From assembly GCA_002840785.1 (NCBI GenBank), contig PHCH01000004.1, positions 24,204-88,203 of the forward strand: DNA of 64,000 bases, given 5' to 3'. The notes beneath the pieces are model-generated. The model worked only from the letters and a program-made list of their open reading frames with translations. It did not search any database and was not told the DNA's origin. Positions 58,430-64,000 of this stretch are shown here, in pieces. The stretch's first letter is position 1. Each line of letters starts with the position of its first letter. The position numbers and the translations under genes were made by a program. This DNA comes from Betaproteobacteria bacterium HGW-Betaproteobacteria-4. Its GTDB lineage: Bacteria > Pseudomonadota > Gammaproteobacteria > Burkholderiales > Rhodocyclaceae.

Positions 58430-59022
58430 CGCTGGATCTGGAGCGCCTGCGGGCCAGCCTGTTGCCCGAACCGCTGACCGGGCATTTCATTCAGGAAGAC
58501 GGGGGGGCTGACCTGCCGCTGACCCCGGCGGCGGTGCTGTTTCCGATCGTCCTGCGCGATGGCGGGCAGACGGTGCTGCTCACCCAGCGCACGGCGCATC
58601 TGCGCGATCACGCCGGGCAAATCAGCTTTCCCGGCGGGCGAGTCGAGGCCGAGGATCTTTCGCCTTCGCACACTGCCTTGCGCGAAACCGAGGAAGAAAT
58701 CGGCCTGCCACGCGAACGCATCGAAATCCTCGGTTTTTTGCCCGAATACCGGACCGGCACAGGGTTTCGCGTGACCCCGGTGGTTGCGCTGGTCCAGCCA
58801 CCGTTCGACTTGCGGCCAGACCCGTTCGAGGTGGCCGAGGTCTTCGAAGTGCCACTCGCCTTCCTGCTCGACCCGGCCAATCATCAACAGCATTCGCTGC
58901 ACTATCGCGGCGCACTTCGTAATTATTTCGCCATGCCCTATGGCGACTATTTCATCTGGGGCGCCACAGCCGGCATGATTCGTTCTCTGAGCGAGCGTCT
59001 TGGCCTTCTCCAAGGTGCCTGA
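58426..59022 (+). CDS. CoA pyrophosphatase (Nudix, NudL-like)
   Basis: HAGQISFPGG...ALRETEEEIGL; IWGATAGM. Confidence 0.92.
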   Translation: MTLDLERLRASLLPEPLTGHFIQEDGGADLPLTPAAVLFPIVLRDGGQTVLLTQRTAHLRDHAGQISFPGGRVEAEDLSPSHTALRETEEEIGLPRERIEILGFLPEYRTGTGFRVTPVVALVQPPFDLRPDPFEVAEVFEVPLAFLLDPANHQQHSLHYRGALRNYFAMPYGDYFIWGATAGMIRSLSERLGLLQGA

Positions 59023-59086
59023 GCTTGTGGTATCGTGGCGCTTTACGACATGAAAATAAGCCGAATACGGCAATCATCGGCCCCCC

Positions 59087-59953
59087 ATGAGTCTTCTCGT
59101 TGCCGACCCGATTGGCGCTTGGGCCGATTACATCGAATCGCGCTTCAACGCCGGGGCCTACCGGCATGGCGTCCTCGCCTGGTGCTTCGCCGTCCTGCTG
59201 CCGGTGGCGCTTCTCGCCATCGTCTATGGCCTGCTTTATTCCTTGAATCCGCTCTTCGGCTGGGCAATCAATGTAGGCGTGCTCTACCTGACCATGGGTT
59301 TTCGCCAGTTCAGCCACCATTACACCGATATCCAGCTGGCCCTGCGGCTTGGCGATGTCGAGCGGGCTCGCCAGTTGCTGGCCGAGTGGCAAGGCATTTC
59401 GACTTATGGCCTCGGTTCCGAAGATATTGCCCGGCTCTCCATCGAGGGCGCGCTTGCCGCATCGCATCGGCATGTCTTCGCCGTCGTGCTCTGGTTTGTC
59501 TTGCTGCCGGGCCCTTGCGGCGCCTTGCTCTATCGCCTGTCGGCCATCGTGCGCGACCGTTGGAACGCCGAAACCCCGGTTCGGCAAACCGAGTTTTCTA
59601 CATTTTCGCGTGTGGTTTTCGGTATGATCGACTGGCTGCCCTCACGGACAACCGCGGCAGCCTTTGCCATCGTCGGTGACTTCGAGGATGCCGTTTATTG
59701 CTGGCGCACCCAGCCGGCGCAATGGCCGGACCGCGATCTTGGCATTGTGCTCGCCGCCGGGGCCGGTGCCCTGGGCGTTCAACTGGGCCGGCCGGTGGTT
59801 GATGGCGTCGAGGTGTCTGATCGGGCCGAACTCGGGCTGGGCGATCCGGCCGATGTTGATTTCATGCAGAGTGCCGTCGGCCTCGTCTGGCGAGCTACTG
59901 TGTTGTGGATGTTGTTGCTGTTTTTGTTGGGGCTTGCCACCTTGGCGGGCTGA
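59087..59953 (+). CDS. cobD: CobD/CbiB family protein
   Basis: RHVFAVVLWF.LLPGP.GALLYR; DWLPSR.TA..FAIVGDFEDA. Confidence 0.8.
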   Translation: MSLLVADPIGAWADYIESRFNAGAYRHGVLAWCFAVLLPVALLAIVYGLLYSLNPLFGWAINVGVLYLTMGFRQFSHHYTDIQLALRLGDVERARQLLAEWQGISTYGLGSEDIARLSIEGALAASHRHVFAVVLWFVLLPGPCGALLYRLSAIVRDRWNAETPVRQTEFSTFSRVVFGMIDWLPSRTTAAAFAIVGDFEDAVYCWRTQPAQWPDRDLGIVLAAGAGALGVQLGRPVVDGVEVSDRAELGLGDPADVDFMQSAVGLVWRATVLWMLLLFLLGLATLAG

Positions 59954-59975
59954 ATAATTCTTACAGGAGATTTAC

Positions 59976-61157
59976 ATGAGCAGAGATGTCGTCGTTCTAA
60001 GCGCAGTTCGTTCCCCCATCGGCGCTTTTGGTGGTTCCCTGGCTGATTTTGAAAGCACGGAACTCGCCGGCATTGTCATGAAGGAAGCGATTGCCCGCTC
60101 CGGTGTTGATCCGCAAGCCATCAACTACGTCACCGTCGGCACCACCATGCCGACCGATTCCCGCTACGCCTACGTTTCCCGCGTTGCCTCCATTCAGGCT
60201 GGTCTGTCGATGGATTCCGTCGCCATGCAGGTAAGCCGCCTGTGCGCCTCCGGTCTGCAAGGTATCGTCACCACCGCCCAGAACATCATGCTGAACGATG
60301 CTGACTACGGTATCGGCGGTGGCGTCGAAGTCATGTCCAAGGCTGCCTACCTGATGCCGTCGCTGCGTTCTGGCGCCCGCATGGGTGACACCAAGGCCAT
60401 CGACTCCATGGTCGCCGTGCTGACCGACCCGTTCGGCGTTGGCCACATGGGTATCACCGCTGAAAACCTGGCTACCAAGCACGGCTTCACCCGTGAAGAC
60501 CAGGATGCCTTCGCTGTCGAATCCCAGCGCCGTGCCGCGGCTGCCATCGATGCCGGCCACTTCAAATCGCAGATCGTGCCCATCGTCAAGCAGACCCGCA
60601 AGGGCGACGTCGTGTTCGATACCGACGAGCATCCGAAGCGTGGCACGACCATGGAATCGCTGGCCAAGATGAAGCCGGCCTTCAAGAAGGACGGTACGGT
60701 CACTGCCGGCAACGCTTCCGGCATCAACGACGGCGCAGCCTTCTTCGTGCTGGCTGCTGCTGATGTTGCCGCCAAGAATGGCCAGAAGGCCCGTGCCCGT
60801 ATCGCCGGTTACGCCGTTGCCGGCGTGCCGAACGACGTCATGGGCGAAGGCCCGATCCCGGCTACCAAGCTGGCTCTCAAAAAGGCCGGCCTGACTCTGG
60901 ATCAGATGGACGTTATCGAATCCAACGAAGCTTTCGCCGCCCAGGCGCTGTCTGTTGCCAAGGTCCTCGGCCTCGATCCGGCCAAGACCAACCCGAATGG
61001 CGGCGCCATCGCCCTCGGTCACCCGGTCGGCTGTTCCGGTGCCTTCATCGCCACCAAGGCGCTGTACGAACTGGAACGCATCGGTGGCAAGTACGCACTC
61101 GTTACCATGTGTATCGGTGGCGGCCAGGGTATTGCGGTCATCTTCGAACGCGCCTGA
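59976..61157 (+). CDS. bktB: Beta-ketothiolase (BktB-like acetyl-CoA acyltransferase)
   Basis: RLCASG (Cys), GHPVG (His), TMCIGGGQG; TAGNASGINDGA. Confidence 0.88.
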   Translation: MSRDVVVLSAVRSPIGAFGGSLADFESTELAGIVMKEAIARSGVDPQAINYVTVGTTMPTDSRYAYVSRVASIQAGLSMDSVAMQVSRLCASGLQGIVTTAQNIMLNDADYGIGGGVEVMSKAAYLMPSLRSGARMGDTKAIDSMVAVLTDPFGVGHMGITAENLATKHGFTREDQDAFAVESQRRAAAAIDAGHFKSQIVPIVKQTRKGDVVFDTDEHPKRGTTMESLAKMKPAFKKDGTVTAGNASGINDGAAFFVLAAADVAAKNGQKARARIAGYAVAGVPNDVMGEGPIPATKLALKKAGLTLDQMDVIESNEAFAAQALSVAKVLGLDPAKTNPNGGAIALGHPVGCSGAFIATKALYELERIGGKYALVTMCIGGGQGIAVIFERA

Positions 61158-61176
61158 TCATTGTCGTGAATCAGCC

Positions 61177-61208
61177 AAAACCCGCCGGAGAAATCCGGCG
61201 GGTTTTTT
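61177..61208 (+). terminator. Intrinsic terminator after the thiolase gene
   Basis: AAAACCCGCCGGA-GAAA-TCCGGCGGGTTTTTT. Confidence 0.9.
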
Positions 61209-61211
61209 ATT

Positions 61212-61249
61212 TGCACCATCTTGAAAAATCATTGCACCTTGGCGGTGCG
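61212..61249. promoter_or_regulatory. Candidate NtrC-type enhancer sites
   Basis: TGCACC-N5-GGTGCG (61233-61249) and half-site TGCACC 21 bp upstream. Confidence 0.4.
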
Positions 61250-61311
61250 CCAATGGTTACATGGAACCTGCTGAACCGTCTTCGAGAGCTTCCTCAGCGA
61301 CGAGTGGACAA

Positions 61312-62724
61312 ATGAACTTCTATAACGAGATGTATGACGCCAACGGTGGCGTCCGTGCGCATTACAAGGGATACGAAGACTGGCTCAAGGCGACGCCACC
61401 CGAGCGCATCGAGCGCAAGCGGGCCGAGGCCGATCTGGCCTTTCACCGGGTCGGCATCACCTTCGCCGTGTATGGCGAGGAAGCGGGCAAGGAGCGGCTG
61501 ATTCCGTTCGACATCATTCCGCGCGTCATTCCTTCCGCCGAATGGAAATCCCTGCGTTCCGGGCTGCGTCAGCGCGTCAAGGCGCTCAACATGTTCCTGC
61601 ACGACGTCTATCACGATCAGGAAATTCTCAAGGCGGGCAAGATTCCGGCCGAGCAGGTGTTGAATAACGCCCAGTTCCGTCCGGAAATGATGGGCGTCGA
61701 TCTGCCGGGCAACATCTACGCGCACATCGCCGGCGTCGATATCGTCCGCGCCGGCGAGGGCGAGTTCTACGTCCTCGAAGACAACCTGCGCGTGCCGTCC
61801 GGTGTGTCGTACATGCTCGAAGACCGCAAGATGATGATGCGCCTCTTCCCCGAACTGTTCGCCAAGCACAAGGTCGCGCCGGTCCAGCACTATCCGGACA
61901 TGCTGCTCGAAAAGCTGCGCGCCGTGGCGCCGAAGGGGGTGTCGAACCCGACCGTCGTCGTGCTGACCCCTGGCGCCTACAACAGCGCCTATTTCGAACA
62001 TACCTTCCTGGCCCAGCAGATGGGCGTCGAACTGGTTGAAGGCCGCGATCTCTTCGTCAAGGACGAGGTGGTCTACATGCGCACGACGCAGGGGCCGCGC
62101 CGGGTCGATGTCATCTACCGCCGCCTCGACGACGATTACATGGATCCGCTGGCCTTCCGCGCCGATTCATCGCTCGGCGTGCCGGGCATCCTGAAGGCTT
62201 ATCAAGCCGGCAACGTCACCTTGTCCAACGCCATCGGTACCGGTGTGGCCGACGACAAGTCGATCTACCCCTACGTCCCGGACATGATCCGTTTCTATCT
62301 CGGCGAGGAGCCGACACTGAACAACGTGCCGACCTACATGTGCCGCAAGCCAGACGATCTCAAGTACGTGCTCGATCATCTGGCCGAGCTAGTCGTCAAG
62401 GAGGTTCACGGTGCCGGCGGCTACGGCATGCTGGTCGGCCCGGCGTCGACCACGGAGCAGATCGAACATTTCCGCCAGTTGCTGATCGCCAAGCCCGACG
62501 GCTACATCGCCCAGCCGACGCTGGCGCTGTCCAACTGCCCGACCTTTGTCGAGGAGGGCATCGCGCCGCGTCACCTCGATCTGCGCCCCTTTGTGCTGTC
62601 CTCGGGCGACTGCGTGGATATGGTGCCGGGGGGCCTGACCCGCGTTGCGCTGACCAAGGGCTCGCTCGTCGTCAATTCGTCGCAGGGCGGCGGCACCAAA
62701 GATACCTGGGTTCTGGAGGATTAA
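61312..62724 (+). CDS. Circularly permuted type 2 ATP-grasp protein
   Basis: GITF.VY, VLEDNLRVPSGVSY, LTPGAYNSAYFEH, VYRRLDD, RHLDLRPF, VVNSSQGGGTKDTW. Confidence 0.93.
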   Translation: MNFYNEMYDANGGVRAHYKGYEDWLKATPPERIERKRAEADLAFHRVGITFAVYGEEAGKERLIPFDIIPRVIPSAEWKSLRSGLRQRVKALNMFLHDVYHDQEILKAGKIPAEQVLNNAQFRPEMMGVDLPGNIYAHIAGVDIVRAGEGEFYVLEDNLRVPSGVSYMLEDRKMMMRLFPELFAKHKVAPVQHYPDMLLEKLRAVAPKGVSNPTVVVLTPGAYNSAYFEHTFLAQQMGVELVEGRDLFVKDEVVYMRTTQGPRRVDVIYRRLDDDYMDPLAFRADSSLGVPGILKAYQAGNVTLSNAIGTGVADDKSIYPYVPDMIRFYLGEEPTLNNVPTYMCRKPDDLKYVLDHLAELVVKEVHGAGGYGMLVGPASTTEQIEHFRQLLIAKPDGYIAQPTLALSNCPTFVEEGIAPRHLDLRPFVLSSGDCVDMVPGGLTRVALTKGSLVVNSSQGGGTKDTWVLED

Positions 62725-62727
62725 GTC

Positions 62728-63676
62728 ATGCTGAGTCGAACTGCCGATCACCTGTTCTGGATGTCGCGCTACATCGAGCGGGCCGAAAACCTCGCCCGCC
62801 TGCTCGATGTCACCTGGCAAATGTCGATGGTCCCGCAAGCGCTGGATACGGTTAATCAAAGCTGGGCCGCCATCATTGCCTTGAACAGCCTGGAAGAGGC
62901 TTATGCCAAGAAGTATTCCACGGTCAACGGGGAAAATGTCCTGAAATTCATGGTCAGCGACCCGGACCAATTTCTCGTCGATTCACAGCTGCCTGCGCAT
63001 GGCGCGGGAAAATGCCCATGCCGTGCGTGGCACGCTGACCACGGAAATGTGGGAAACGCTCAACGCGACCTGGCTGGAGGCCCGCGAAAAGACTTTCGAT
63101 CAGCTGTTCAATGCCGGCATTGGCGATTACTTCGAGTGGGTCAAGATGCGTTCCTCGCTGTCGCGCGGCACGACGCTGGGCACCTTGCTGCAGGACGAGG
63201 CTTACCACTTCATCCGCCTCGGCACCCTGCTCGAGCGGGCGGACAATACGGCGCGCATCCTCGACGTCAAATACCATGTGTTGCGCCCGCACGACGACGA
63301 AGGGGCGACCGATTTCTACGAATGGGGCGCGCTGCTCCGTTCGGTGTCGGCTTTCGAGGTCTATCGCAAGGTTTACCGCGACGTGATCACGCCGGAGCGG
63401 GTGGCCGAACTACTCATCTTCAACAAGGACATGCCGCGCTCGCTGCAGTTCTGTCTGAACAGCGTGTCAAAGAATCTCGACCTGATTGCCAACAGCAATT
63501 CCGGCGAAACCCAACGTCAGGCCGGGATGCTGAACTCGCAACTGCGCTACGGGCGCATCGAGGATATCCTCGAACATGGCCTGCACGCCTGGCTTAGCGA
63601 TTTCATGGATCGCATTTATTTGCTCGGCAACGGCATCAGCAAGGATTTCCTGGTGCCGATGGAAGAGGCGGCCTGA
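62728..63676 (+). pseudogene. Alpha-E domain protein (DUF403) with a +1 frameshift at ~62968
   Basis: MLSRTADHLFWMSRYIERAEN in one frame and ARENAHAVRGTLTTEMWE...LERADNTARILDVK in another; removing one C at GACC (62965-62968) gives ...DPDNFSSIHSCLRMAREN... Confidence 0.85.
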
Positions 63677-63710
63677 CGGCTGCATCTAGTCGAAAATTGT
63701 CAGCTGCCAG

Positions 63711-63747
63711 CTTCGGCGCCGGATCATTCCGGCGCCGAAGTGCTTTT
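63711..63747. terminator. Terminator between convergent genes
   Basis: CTTCGGCGCCGGA-TCAT-TCCGGCGCCGAAG then TGCTTTT. Confidence 0.75.
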
Positions 63748-63761
63748 GGGGGGGGCTGCTT

Positions 63762-64000
63762 TCAGGCGTGTTGCCGGCGCCAGCTGGCCAGCGCCCGAAG
63801 CGCGTCGTCCAGTGTCGTAATCAGCTCGGCATCGCCGGTCTTGCCGATGCGTGTGACGCCGCAGCCACCGGCCCATAGCGCCGCGTTTTCCGGCAGGACC
63901 TGGCGCAGTTGTTGGAGCAGGCCGGGAATCTGCCGCGGCGGGAAAGCCAGCGAGAAGGAGAGGGCGACGATGTCGGCCTGATGGGCCTCGGCGGCACGGC
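63762..64000 (-). CDS. 3' end of a cobalamin-binding-domain protein (probably MerR/LitR-CarH-like regulator)
   Basis: Manual translation RAAEAHQADIVALSFSLAFP...LRQVLPENAALWAGG...WRRQHA*. Confidence 0.7.
   Translation of the reverse strand, partial: RAAEAHQADIVALSFSLAFPPRQIPGLLQQLRQVLPENAALWAGGCGVTRIGKTGDAELITTLDDALRALASWRRQHA

Noticed and set aside
1-64000. CRISPR array, cas genes, tRNA, rRNA, integron attC
   Set aside because: No regularly spaced repeat-spacer units, cas-like ORFs, cloverleaf or rRNA sequence, or clear RYYYAAC...GTTRRRY cassettes seen by eye; tRNAscan-SE, Infernal and IntegronFinder would confirm

Overview
Betaproteobacterial chromosome segment; Rhodocyclaceae / Dechloromonas-Azonexus-like host is an inference from gene order and protein style. 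1-35.5 kb is an accessory island. From the left it carries a minus-strand, tightly coupled defence super-operon (Wadjet-like jetABCD, a 121-codon linker ORF, type I Druantia druABCDE, with druE running off the window), transcribed divergently from a CapW/BrxR-type WYL regulator. Next come a ~170-bp IS200/IS605-like miniature element, a Tn7-like tnsABCD operon with a fifth 254-aa gene, and small cargo genes (HNH nuclease, PD-(D/E)XK nuclease, DUF6900, HMA, YccF, 5'-nucleotidase) around a large serine recombinase plus two ParB-like genes. The island ends in a Tn7-left-end-like structure: three AATAAAGTC boxes and a terminal CA at 35531, 24 bp downstream of a GGDEF gene stop. This points to a possible new TnsD attachment site. 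35.5-64 kb is mostly core genome: GGDEF, ribF-ileS-lspA-fkpB-ispH, a foreign-looking TonB-like plus fimT-pilVWXY1E cassette, rpsT, argDFG (ArgG has a histone-H1-like tail), ppnP, yajQ, GATase, aspartic protease, Nudix, cobD/cbiB, bktB, an ATP-grasp gene with a frameshifted alpha-E partner, and the 3' end of a B12-binding regulator. No tRNA, rRNA or CRISPR array was seen. Family assignments come from motif recognition only; no database searches were run.
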